This document shows positions 21,249 to 30,481 of a DNA stretch of 64,000 bases, piece after piece (positions within the stretch are counted from its first letter, which is position 1; each line of letters starts with the position of its first letter). The stretch comes from a virus, in IMG/VR virus record IMGVR_UViG_3300047312_000028, positions 64,001 through 128,000 of that record; one strand, written 5' to 3'. Under the pieces are notes generated by a model. That model made no database searches. It was not told the DNA's origin and saw nothing but the letters and a program-made list of their open reading frames with translations. The translations under genes and the position numbers were made by a program.

Positions 21249-24200
21249 GTGGCAAGTCCTAACATCACAGTACAAGTTAAAGGTGGCATCACCAAAGTTG
21301 TTACCGCAGATAAGCTCCAGGTATCTGGCGCCCCGGCGTCCAATTCGTTTGGTGTGGTCGCGGTAGTTGGGCAAAATAATGTCGTCGCCCATATCGCTTC
21401 AGATACGCTTGAAGTGAAGTCTGGTTCCGGAATCCTTGTCACTACAGATAGTCCTAATAACGCCGTAACTATTTCTGCAACTGGTGGTGCGGCATTCGAT
21501 CAGTTTGCCCGCGATCATGCGAATGCAGCATTTGACCAGGCGAATGGCGCGTTCGATCAAGCGAATAATGCTACACTCACTGCCCAGGAGGCGTTCGATC
21601 AAGCCAACACAGTCTACGATACCGTCAATACAACCATTCTAGTTACACAATCTTCCTACGATCACGCGAATGGGGCATTTGATAAAGCCAACGGAGCAAT
21701 CTTTACGGCCGCGCAGATTCGTGCCAATCTTTCCAACACGGCGCCAATCAACTACGATTCAGCCACAGGTACAATCAGTCACGCGGATTCCAGTGTCACA
21801 CCTACGACCTATGGCAATACGACCTTTGTTCCAACCATCACAGTCGATGCAAAGGGGCATGTCACGTCTATTACCAACACCGCGATTGCACTTCCACCAA
21901 GCTTCGATCAGTTTGCACGAGACACCGCGAATGGTGCATTTTTAGAAGCTAACGCGGCATACAATCAAGCGAACACTGCAAATGTTACGGCCCAAGCTGC
22001 ATTCAACAAAGCAAATGCTGCCAACGTATTAGCGAACACTGCAAACACAACTGCGCAAGCCTCGTTTGACAAAGCCAACAGTGCAGGAATTACAGCACAG
22101 GCAGGTTTCGATAAAGCTAATTCAGTAAATGTTACGGCGCAGGGAGCATTCGATAAAGCAAACGCGGCCAATGTCTTAGCGAATACCGCAAACACCACAG
22201 CACAGGCAGCGTTTGATACAGCGAATGGCGCCTACAGCGAAGCAAACACAGTACTCATTATAGCTCAGGCCGCATACGATCAAGCAAACGATGCGGGGGG
22301 AATCGCTGTTACCGCGCTTATCGTAGGACATGCGGCGTTTGACAAAGCGAACACCGCCAATGTCACTGGGCAATCTGCCTTTGATAAAGCGAATGGTGCA
22401 GCACAACTTTCCTTTGTCACGGTTAATGTAGCAGGACAGAGTGATGTAGTTGCCGACTCGAATTCTGATACATTGGTTATCGTAGCTGGGACGGGTATTG
22501 TTATCACCACCGATTCACCAAACGACACGATCACCTTTGCGGCGACCGGTGGTTCGGCAATCGATCAATTCTCTAGGGATCATGCTAACGGCGCCTTCGA
22601 TAAGGCGAATGGAGCAGCACAGAATTCATTTGTCACCTTTAACGTCGCCGGTCAGAATGATATCGTAGCAGATTCTAATACGGACACTCTTCAACTTATC
22701 GCTGGCACGGGAATGGTCATTACGACTGATTCAACGAATGCTACAATCACCTTTGCGGCGACTGGTGGGTCAGCCGTCGATCAGTTTGCGCGAGACCAAG
22801 CCAATGCGGCATTCAATCAGGCAAATACCGCGAACACAACAGGGCAATCTGCCTTTAACAAAGCGAACGCAGCAAACGTTCTTGCGAATACGGCCAATAC
22901 AACTGCCCAGGCTTCGTTTGATAAAGCCAATAACGCAGGAGTAGTGGCCTCTTCCGCATACAATCAAGCGAATCTAGCCACCAGCAACGCGGACGCAGCA
23001 TTTGCCAGAGCGAACGTGGCTAACGTACTTGCGAATACTGCCAACACGACTGCACAAGCGGCGTTTGATAAAGCCAATACAGATGCGGTTATTGTAACTT
23101 CGGCTTACAATCAAGCCAACATAGCAACTAGCAATGCAGATGCGGCATTTGCTGAGGCGAACGCTGCCTATGCGAACGCAAATACCGCAATCTACACGGC
23201 GGCACAAATCCGTGCGAACGTTTCCAATACCACACCGATCAACTATGATCCGGCAACTGGTGTTATCAGTCACGCGGATTCTGGTGTAGTAGCCACGACC
23301 TATGGCAACACGACTTTTGTTCCTGTTATCACAGTGGACGCGCAGGGCCACGTCACGGCGATTACGAATACGGCAATCGCGCTCCCACCAAGCACGGATG
23401 AATTTGCACGGGCGACTGCCAATGCTGCCTACAACCAAGCTAATGTTGCAACCACGAATGCAGATGCAGCCTTTACCAAGGCGAATGGTTCTGCGCAACT
23501 CTCGTTTGTCACGGTCAATGTGGCTGGGCAAAGCGATATTGTAGCAGATTCAAATTCAGATACTCTAATCCTTGTTGCCGGATCAGGTATCTCTATTAGC
23601 ACAGATTCCCCAAATGATATAATCACGATTACCGCAACGGGGGGATCGGCATTTGACCAGTTCGCCCGCGATCAGGCCAATGGTGCGTTTGATAAAGCTA
23701 ACGTTGCAACGACCAATGCAGATGCAGCCTTTCTAGAAGCCAACGCAGCATTTAGTAAAGCCACTATAGCAACGACCAATGCAGATGCAGCGTTCGCGCA
23801 AGCCAATTCTGCATTCAACAAGGCCAGTATAGCAACGACTAATGCAGATGCGGCCTTTTTAGAAGCTAATGCTGCCTACGCCAATGCGAACACCGCGATT
23901 TATACCGCTGGTCAGATTCGTGCGAATCTCAGCAATACGGCTCCAATCAATTACGATCCTACAACTGGAGTTATCAGTCACGCCCTATCAGGAGTCGCAG
24001 CATCCGGATACGGAGATGCCGCGACAGTTCCAAAGGTTGTCGTAGACGATAAGGGGCATGTCACCAGTGTCACCAACACTACCATTGCCATTGACACCTC
24101 ACAAATCACCTCTGGTACTTTAGCTGTTGGTCATGGAGGCACTGGACAAACCGCAGCCTCTATTGTTAATGGAGCAGTTCTCATTGGGAACACAGTCTCA

Positions 24201-26177
24201 GGCGGCTATGATCTGAATACATTAGTTCAGGGCACTGGCATTGTTATCACGAACGACAAGGGATCGATCACTATTGCTGCTACTGGCGGCGCTGCCGCCG
24301 ATCAGTTTGCACGAGACCAGGCAAATGCAGCATTCAACCAAGCCAACGTAGCAACGACTAATGCAGATGCGGCCTTTTTAGAAGCTAATGCAGCATTTAC
24401 TCAAGCGAGTATTGCCACGACAAATGCAGATGCCGCCTTCGCACAAGCCAACAGTGCATTTAGCAAAGCCAGCATAGCAACCACGAATGCCGACGCAGCG
24501 TTTACAGAAGCCAACGCGGCATTTAACAAAGCTAGCATTGCAACGACCAATGCTGATGCGGCTTTCGCGCAAGCCAATGCTGCATATGCGAATGCCAATA
24601 CAGCGATTTATACTGCCGCGCAAATCCGAGCCAATCTCAGTAATACGGCTCCGATCAACTACGATCCAGCAACAGGTATCATAAGTCATGCGGTATCTGG
24701 CGTTACGCCTGGATCATATGGAGACGCTGCCACCGTAGCGAAGGTTGTAGTGGATTCTGATGGGCATGTTACCTCTGTGGTGAATACTGCGATTGCTATT
24801 GATACTTCACAGATAGCAAGTGGTACACTCTCAACGGGCCGCGGAGGCACTGGCCAAACCGCAGCCTCTATTGTCAACGGTGCATTGCTTATCGGGAATA
24901 CAGTCTCAGGTGGATATGACCTGAACACTATCACTCAGGGTACAGGTATTCTTGTAACAAACGATAAAGGAACGATCACTATTGCCGCGGCGGCTTCTGG
25001 TAGTGGTAATGCCTTTGGGGTAGTGAATGTTTCAACACCTGGGCAAAGCAACATCGTCGCCTCGGGTGCCACGACTTTGATTTTGGTACCGGGCACGGGT
25101 ATCATGATGACCACGGATGCTACCTCGAATGCCATCACGATCACGTCGGCCGGATCTGTACCATTTCCAAAGAGTGTGGATATTCTCTTCCCAACAACAG
25201 GGGATGAAATTACTTTCTTCTATACCAATACTGCTATCACCTTCTCTCGTGTAGTGTCTGTGGTCAAGGGATCGGCACCCAATGTCGTATTCTCCTTGAG
25301 CTATGCGAACACACGAGCCCCTGGAACAGTTGGTACAGCAATCACAGGGCAGGTCGTATGTTCTAACACCACAAACGGAGTCTACACTACCGCATTCACT
25401 AATGCCACCGTCCCAGCAAACAACTATGTCTTTTTGGATATCGTATCGTCCGTAGGTAATGAAACAGAATTCCATGTGACAATGGAAATTGCGACAGTGA
25501 GTACCTCATTCGTCGATCAATATGCACGAGACAAAGCCAATGGTTCAGTGCAAACTGGATTTGTCACAGTCAATGTGGCCGGTCAATTAGATGTGGTGGC
25601 TGATTCTAACACTGATATCCTAACATTGGTGGCTGGTAGTGGAATCAACATTACAACTGATGCCCCAAACGATACAATTACTTTGGCAACCACAACCACT
25701 CTGGCAACTCCGGTTAATACAACATCTGGCACATCCATTGATTTCACAGGAATTCCAGCAGGAACCAAGAAAATCTTCGTGATGTTCTCCAATGTTTCAA
25801 CAAATAGCACTTCATCACTTATCCTTCAAATTGGAGATAGCGGAGGGATTAGGAACACAGGGTATGCCAGTATCGGTACAACCATAATCAATGGTGCGGT
25901 TCCTGGGGTCTTAGCATACACCACGGGCTTCGGCCTGATGGGAACCACATCGACTACCGATGCTGCTCATTGGAATGGTACTGTTATGCTAACATTACTG
26001 GATGCCTCTGCCTTTACGTGGACCGCTAGCGGCACTATTTGTCGCACCGATGTAGCCACAACTGGTATATGCACAGGCGCAAAATCACTCCCTGCAACGT
26101 TAGACCGATTGCGTATCACAACGGTCTTGGGCACCCAGGCATTTGATGCTGGATCAATCAATATCATATATGAATAA
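21249..26177 (+). CDS. Long repetitive fibre protein (coiled-coil stalk with repeated beta modules; fibritin/whisker-like or long tail fibre)
   Basis: AGGAG RBS; Ala/Asn heptad repeats alternating with two repeated module types; C-terminal TSGTSIDFTGIP..fibre-tip domain. Confidence 0.75.
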   Translation: MASPNITVQVKGGITKVVTADKLQVSGAPASNSFGVVAVVGQNNVVAHIASDTLEVKSGSGILVTTDSPNNAVTISATGGAAFDQFARDHANAAFDQANGAFDQANNATLTAQEAFDQANTVYDTVNTTILVTQSSYDHANGAFDKANGAIFTAAQIRANLSNTAPINYDSATGTISHADSSVTPTTYGNTTFVPTITVDAKGHVTSITNTAIALPPSFDQFARDTANGAFLEANAAYNQANTANVTAQAAFNKANAANVLANTANTTAQASFDKANSAGITAQAGFDKANSVNVTAQGAFDKANAANVLANTANTTAQAAFDTANGAYSEANTVLIIAQAAYDQANDAGGIAVTALIVGHAAFDKANTANVTGQSAFDKANGAAQLSFVTVNVAGQSDVVADSNSDTLVIVAGTGIVITTDSPNDTITFAATGGSAIDQFSRDHANGAFDKANGAAQNSFVTFNVAGQNDIVADSNTDTLQLIAGTGMVITTDSTNATITFAATGGSAVDQFARDQANAAFNQANTANTTGQSAFNKANAANVLANTANTTAQASFDKANNAGVVASSAYNQANLATSNADAAFARANVANVLANTANTTAQAAFDKANTDAVIVTSAYNQANIATSNADAAFAEANAAYANANTAIYTAAQIRANVSNTTPINYDPATGVISHADSGVVATTYGNTTFVPVITVDAQGHVTAITNTAIALPPSTDEFARATANAAYNQANVATTNADAAFTKANGSAQLSFVTVNVAGQSDIVADSNSDTLILVAGSGISISTDSPNDIITITATGGSAFDQFARDQANGAFDKANVATTNADAAFLEANAAFSKATIATTNADAAFAQANSAFNKASIATTNADAAFLEANAAYANANTAIYTAGQIRANLSNTAPINYDPTTGVISHALSGVAASGYGDAATVPKVVVDDKGHVTSVTNTTIAIDTSQITSGTLAVGHGGTGQTAASIVNGAVLIGNTVSGGYDLNTLVQGTGIVITNDKGSITIAATGGAAADQFARDQANAAFNQANVATTNADAAFLEANAAFTQASIATTNADAAFAQANSAFSKASIATTNADAAFTEANAAFNKASIATTNADAAFAQANAAYANANTAIYTAAQIRANLSNTAPINYDPATGIISHAVSGVTPGSYGDAATVAKVVVDSDGHVTSVVNTAIAIDTSQIASGTLSTGRGGTGQTAASIVNGALLIGNTVSGGYDLNTITQGTGILVTNDKGTITIAAAASGSGNAFGVVNVSTPGQSNIVASGATTLILVPGTGIMMTTDATSNAITITSAGSVPFPKSVDILFPTTGDEITFFYTNTAITFSRVVSVVKGSAPNVVFSLSYANTRAPGTVGTAITGQVVCSNTTNGVYTTAFTNATVPANNYVFLDIVSSVGNETEFHVTMEIATVSTSFVDQYARDKANGSVQTGFVTVNVAGQLDVVADSNTDILTLVAGSGINITTDAPNDTITLATTTTLATPVNTTSGTSIDFTGIPAGTKKIFVMFSNVSTNSTSSLILQIGDSGGIRNTGYASIGTTIINGAVPGVLAYTTGFGLMGTTSTTDAAHWNGTVMLTLLDASAFTWTASGTICRTDVATTGICTGAKSLPATLDRLRITTVLGTQAFDAGSINIIYE
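23700..23890 (+). repeat. 63-bp coding tandem repeat (21-aa unit, three heptads)
   Basis: GCAACGAC(C/T)AATGCAGATGC at 23706, 23769 and 23832. Confidence 0.85.
24340..24600 (+). repeat. 63-bp coding tandem repeat, about 4 copies
   Basis: IATTNADAAFxxANxAFxKAS repeated. Confidence 0.85.
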
Positions 26178-26192
26178 TTGTGTGCATCCCGT

Positions 26193-26200
26193 AATAAATA
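26193..26200 (+). promoter_or_regulatory. Late promoter variant AATAAATA
   Basis: Intergenic, immediately before GAGGA RBS. Confidence 0.6.
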
Positions 26201-26207
26201 GAGGACT

Positions 26208-27032
26208 ATGTTAATTCAATCACTCACAACCGATACCATTACTCTCATTACAGACGTGACCTGTAACGTGGATGTAATGACGTGTTACATTGATCGAAAC
26301 CAATCCAACGGAACAGTTGGTATGGCGGATCGAACACTCACGTCTATTGCCACCGCAGCGACCACCACCATTGTTGGGGCCCCAGGTGCCAGCACTACAC
26401 GAAATATCAAAATGATGAGTATACGCAACACGAATGCGTTCAACTCTGTCTTTGCTACGATCCAATACAATGCGAACGGAACCGTGTATCAGATGCACAC
26501 CGCACGGTTATTGGCGGGCGAGTCAATAGAGTATACAGAGGAAATAGGATTTTTCAAGTTAATTGATTCCAGCCGCTTAGATCGTGTGTTTGTTGCGAAC
26601 GTCGATTCCACGTTTGCCACAGCGGCCACGTTCGCCGATATCACGGGATTGCAATGCCCAATGTTATCGGGGGTCACATATGGATTTTTGGCATGTGTCT
26701 ATCATATAGGAAACGCCACGACCACCGGGGCACAGTTTGGTGTGAAAATGAACGGTGGCACTCCTACGAATCTCAGGGCATCTATCGTGGACCCCGTGCT
26801 TGGAAGTACCTCAGCAGCGGTCTGGTCAGCAGGTTCAACGTCGGCAAATGACGTAGCGATGACCTTACAAACCACAGGCGCTGCCACCCTCGTTATGGGT
26901 ATCATCTCAGGGTATGTTACCCCTTCGGCTGATGGCACCTTCTCTCTTCGAGCGACTTCGGAAGTCACAGTCGCCGCTGGATTGGTTGTGAAGGCTGGTT
27001 CATGGTTACGTGTGTTCAGGCAAACAGGATAG
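26208..27032 (+). CDS. Virion-associated protein, ~280-aa family paralog A
   Basis: Shared ~115-aa N-terminal domain (TAATTTIV..P..STTRN.K, ANGT) with the next two ORFs. Confidence 0.65.
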   Translation: MLIQSLTTDTITLITDVTCNVDVMTCYIDRNQSNGTVGMADRTLTSIATAATTTIVGAPGASTTRNIKMMSIRNTNAFNSVFATIQYNANGTVYQMHTARLLAGESIEYTEEIGFFKLIDSSRLDRVFVANVDSTFATAATFADITGLQCPMLSGVTYGFLACVYHIGNATTTGAQFGVKMNGGTPTNLRASIVDPVLGSTSAAVWSAGSTSANDVAMTLQTTGAATLVMGIISGYVTPSADGTFSLRATSEVTVAAGLVVKAGSWLRVFRQTG

Positions 27033-27039
27033 GAACATT

Positions 27040-27864
27040 ATGATCTTTCAAACACTCACTACTGATACCATTTCTCTTATCACCGATGTTGCGTGTAGCG
27101 TCGATGTTGTGGCATCCTTTATCGACCGCAGTCAAAGTACCGGATTAGCTGGCCTGGCGGATAAGCAATTAACCAACGTAACGACGGCGGCGACCACGAC
27201 CATCGTGAGTGGCCCAGCTTCTTCCACCACCCGTAACCTGAAAGCCCTAAGTGTACTCAATACGAATACCTTTTCTAACGTGGCGGTGACAGTCCAATTA
27301 AGTGCGAACGGAACACTTTTTGAATTACACAAACAAACCCTCAATCCACAAGAATGTCTTAGATACACAGAGGGATATGGGTTCACCTCGGTTCGAGACT
27401 CCATCCGTTTGGAACGAACCTTCATTATGACCGCCAATTCTGTCCATACAAATACATCACCCTTTACCAATGTGGGTAATTTGTCATGCGCTCTCAAGGG
27501 AAATGTGATTTATGGATACATGGCATGTTTGCATCATATCAGTAACGCCACGACCACGGGGGCACGTTTCGCTATTGGGTATACGGGATCTGGAAATTTT
27601 ATAGTGGGATTGATCGATACGGTGACAGGGAACCCCACCGCGTCCATCCATTCAACGAACACTCAGAACAATCCGAACACAGCCATTTCATTACAAACTA
27701 CCGGATGCGCTAATATCCAAATGGGCATACTCTGTGGAACTTTCGCTCCATTGTCTGATGGGACCCTTTCAATCAGAGCGACACCATCCGTCAATAACGC
27801 CGCTGGGTTGACTGTGGTGGCTGGTTCATGGCTCAAGGTGTTTCGACGCACAGCGGAGGGGTAA
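27040..27864 (+). CDS. Virion-associated protein, ~280-aa family paralog B
   Basis: Start moved to ATG 27040 (AGGA RBS; aligns with paralog A); similar to paralog A over its full length. Confidence 0.65.
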   Translation: MIFQTLTTDTISLITDVACSVDVVASFIDRSQSTGLAGLADKQLTNVTTAATTTIVSGPASSTTRNLKALSVLNTNTFSNVAVTVQLSANGTLFELHKQTLNPQECLRYTEGYGFTSVRDSIRLERTFIMTANSVHTNTSPFTNVGNLSCALKGNVIYGYMACLHHISNATTTGARFAIGYTGSGNFIVGLIDTVTGNPTASIHSTNTQNNPNTAISLQTTGCANIQMGILCGTFAPLSDGTLSIRATPSVNNAAGLTVVAGSWLKVFRRTAEG

Positions 27865-27866
27865 TT

Positions 27867-28736
27867 GTGTTAATTCTTACCAACACAACTGACAGTATTT
27901 CTATTATCACGTCACAGGCTTGTCAGTTGCATATCCAGGCGTTTTTCAATGATCGAAACCAAAGCACAGGATTGGTAGGCCTCACAAGCAAAGAGCAACA
28001 TAATATCAGCACGGCGGCGACCACCACGATAGTAGCAAGTCCTGCGGCGACCACCACTCGTAATATCAAGTCGATTGACATACGAAATGCCAACACGACG
28101 ATAGACGTGGATGTTACCATTCAGTATAACGCAAATGGAACACTCTATCAGATACATGCCGAACGATTATATGGAAACCAAATGCTCCAGTTTGTCGAAG
28201 GAAAGGGGTTTTCAAAAATTGGGGATCTACCTTTCTACGCGGTTGGGTTCGCAGATAACATTATCACAACCACACAAACAAATGCAGGTGGGGCAGCATC
28301 ACAAGCCATTGGAGGTTTGGTTCATGTCATAAAGTCAACTCCGGTGCATAGAACGTTTGCATCATTCGCTGTGCCTTTTTATAGGAGCGTCATTAACACG
28401 ACGGGCTCACAATTCGCGCTCAGACAAGAGAAGTTCTCGCAAGACTTTATCATATCGGGGGGCCTCGCTACTGCCGAAAATAGCCCGACGGGTTCCACAA
28501 AAACAGCAGGGGTTTCCTCTGGTGGATCTCTTCCCATAATTGCTCAGACGGTTAATCCCGCAACCAGTGGCATCACCATTGGTCTATTCTCGGCGCCTCT
28601 AGTCGTATCGTGGTCAGGAAGTTTTCAAATCAACGAGAAGCAAGTCACTTGGTACTTCGGGCAGTGGTCTAGTGTGGCAGCTTCGGGATGCGATATCATC
28701 GACGGTTGGCACATGGTCTTTGAACACACGGGGTAA
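27867..28736 (+). CDS. Virion-associated protein, ~280-aa family paralog C
   Basis: Start moved to GTG 27867 (GGAGG RBS); conserved N-terminal domain, divergent C-terminal domain. Confidence 0.65.
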   Translation: MLILTNTTDSISIITSQACQLHIQAFFNDRNQSTGLVGLTSKEQHNISTAATTTIVASPAATTTRNIKSIDIRNANTTIDVDVTIQYNANGTLYQIHAERLYGNQMLQFVEGKGFSKIGDLPFYAVGFADNIITTTQTNAGGAASQAIGGLVHVIKSTPVHRTFASFAVPFYRSVINTTGSQFALRQEKFSQDFIISGGLATAENSPTGSTKTAGVSSGGSLPIIAQTVNPATSGITIGLFSAPLVVSWSGSFQINEKQVTWYFGQWSSVAASGCDIIDGWHMVFEHTG

Positions 28737-28739
28737 TGT

Positions 28740-28895
28740 ATGTCTTTAGGAGAAGGATGGTTTGATACAGAAGTTATAGCGAATTCTTCTTTTGACGTGG
28801 AGGCCACGCAAGGGGGATGGTGGGATCAAGAGTTTGTCTCTGCAACAGAGAATGTGCCAAACACAGCAAAACGTAGAGTTATTATTATCGCATAA
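28740..28895 (+). CDS. 51-aa hypothetical protein not in the ORF track (MSLGEGWFDTEVIANSSFDVEATQGGWWDQEFVSATENVPNTAKRRVIIIA)
   Basis: Manual translation; fills the gap between paralog C and the gp13 promoter. Confidence 0.6.
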   Translation: MSLGEGWFDTEVIANSSFDVEATQGGWWDQEFVSATENVPNTAKRRVIIIA

Positions 28896-28898
28896 ATA
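28891..28898 (+). promoter_or_regulatory. Late promoter CATAAATA
   Basis: Upstream of gp13. Confidence 0.75.
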
Positions 28899-28913
28899 CA
28901 CATAGAGGGTACA

Positions 28914-29873
28914 ATGGCAACACCGACAACCAGAAAAGAATTTATTGATTACTGTAAGCGCCGACTTGGGCATCCAGTGATTGAAATTAACGTGGACGAC
29001 GATCAGGTGGATGATCGTATTGACGATGCTTTAGAGTTTTGGTCTGACTATCACTTTGATGGTACAGAAAAGCTCTACCTCAAGCATATAATTACACAAG
29101 CCGATCATGACAGACGTTATCTGATTATTCCAGAGCGTATCATTGGCGTGACAGGAATCATGGATCTTGACGGTTCCGCCTCTAGTGTGAACATGTTCGA
29201 TTTGCGTTATCAATTGCGCTTGCACGATCTCTATGACTTCACCAGTGTCAGTTACGTGCCATATACCATCACGATGCAGCACTTGCGCACGATGCAGCTT
29301 CTTTTCTCAGGCACACCACAGACTCGATTCCAGCGTCATAAGAATCGACTCATGCTCGATATTAACTGGGAACAAGATGGTCTAGTTGGTACGTATGTCA
29401 TTATTGAGTGTTACGGAACAATCAATCCAGAACGTATCACAATCCCAGGTACGTTCAGTGTTGGTGTAGGATCTAGCGAAGTGATTGGTACCGCAGTCGA
29501 TGGGCAAGTCAACAAAGACGATGAAATTATCATCACGACCAGCACAGGCGACGTATCTACCATTGTCACCAAAGTCAACTCAAACGTATCATTTAATGTC
29601 GCGTATTCATTTGCGAATACAGAAACAGGTCTCTCCGCATTCACACCGGGCAATTCAGATGTTTGGAATGACCGTGTGCTCAAGAATCTTGGTACGGCAT
29701 ATATCAAGAGACAATGGGGAGAGAATTTGAAGAAGTTCGGAAATATTATGATGCCAGGCGGAGTCGTACTTAACGGACAGATCATATTCGACGAAGCCAC
29801 AGCAGAGATTAAAGAAATGAAAGATGAATTTGTATCATGGAATACACTACAGAGTGATTTCTTAGTTGGCTAA
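28914..29873 (+). CDS. gp13: Neck protein gp13
   Basis: YCKRRLG.PVIEINVDDDQV.DRIDDAL..YHFDG; KRQWGENL.KF....PGGV.LNG. Confidence 0.92.
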   Translation: MATPTTRKEFIDYCKRRLGHPVIEINVDDDQVDDRIDDALEFWSDYHFDGTEKLYLKHIITQADHDRRYLIIPERIIGVTGIMDLDGSASSVNMFDLRYQLRLHDLYDFTSVSYVPYTITMQHLRTMQLLFSGTPQTRFQRHKNRLMLDINWEQDGLVGTYVIIECYGTINPERITIPGTFSVGVGSSEVIGTAVDGQVNKDDEIIITTSTGDVSTIVTKVNSNVSFNVAYSFANTETGLSAFTPGNSDVWNDRVLKNLGTAYIKRQWGENLKKFGNIMMPGGVVLNGQIIFDEATAEIKEMKDEFVSWNTLQSDFLVG

Positions 29874-29882
29874 GGAGGTATT

Positions 29883-30200
29883 ATGGTCACTGTGACAGAA
29901 GCAGCCGCGAAGAAAATTAAAGAGTTTTTGAAAGATGATCCAGACGCAATCGGATTACGTGTCTATGTGAAGGGTGGTGGTTGTTCAGGATATAGCTACG
30001 GCATGAAGCTTGAACCCACTCAAACCGAAGATGATACAGTCATTGTGAAAGATGATATCAAGGTGTTCATCGATCCACAAAGTATACCCCTCATAGCTGG
30101 TGCTGAAGTTGATTATGTTGAATCTCTTCAGGGATCTGGATTTGCGATTAAGAACCCTCAAGCAAAGACCACATGTGGGTGTGGCAGTTCCTTCTCATAA
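29883..30200 (+). CDS. iscA: A-type Fe-S cluster carrier (IscA/ErpA/HesB family)
   Basis: GLRVYVKGGGCSG and NP.A..TCGCGSSF motifs with all three Cys; strong AAGGAGG RBS. Confidence 0.93.
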   Translation: MVTVTEAAAKKIKEFLKDDPDAIGLRVYVKGGGCSGYSYGMKLEPTQTEDDTVIVKDDIKVFIDPQSIPLIAGAEVDYVESLQGSGFAIKNPQAKTTCGCGSSFS

Positions 30201-30481
30201 TGGAACTGATAAGCTGGTTATTATGGGCAATCGTCGAAACGGCGAACCCGAATGTGAATGCAATCCTTCTGGTAGAAGAATTCTTACAGCGTGATAGCTG
30301 CATAAAGATTGCGAAGAGTCTATCAGAAATGAGTAGTGAAGATATGAATATTCAGCCAGGATCCCCGATCACGGGAATTACCCTGGCCTGTATTCCAGTC
30401 ACAACAAGGACAAACGATGCCAACGAACCTGTACTTCAACCACTTCCCAGAAAAAATAACCAGCGAACAACTACTGGTTGA
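30200..30481 (+). CDS. Small hypothetical protein, possibly exported
   Basis: ATG overlaps the iscA stop; hydrophobic N-terminus and two Cys; 3' end overlaps gp14. Confidence 0.5.
   Translation: MELISWLLWAIVETANPNVNAILLVEEFLQRDSCIKIAKSLSEMSSEDMNIQPGSPITGITLACIPVTTRTNDANEPVLQPLPRKNNQRTTTG

Noticed and set aside
23700-24600. Regularly spaced repeats resembling a CRISPR array
   Set aside because: The units are in-frame 63-bp coding repeats with synonymous variation and no unique spacers; no cas genes are present
12675-28736. Diversity-generating retroelement or invertible shufflon acting on fibre genes
   Set aside because: No reverse transcriptase or recombinase in the window, all paralogs on one strand, and no near-identical TR/VR pair with adenine-specific differences was seen
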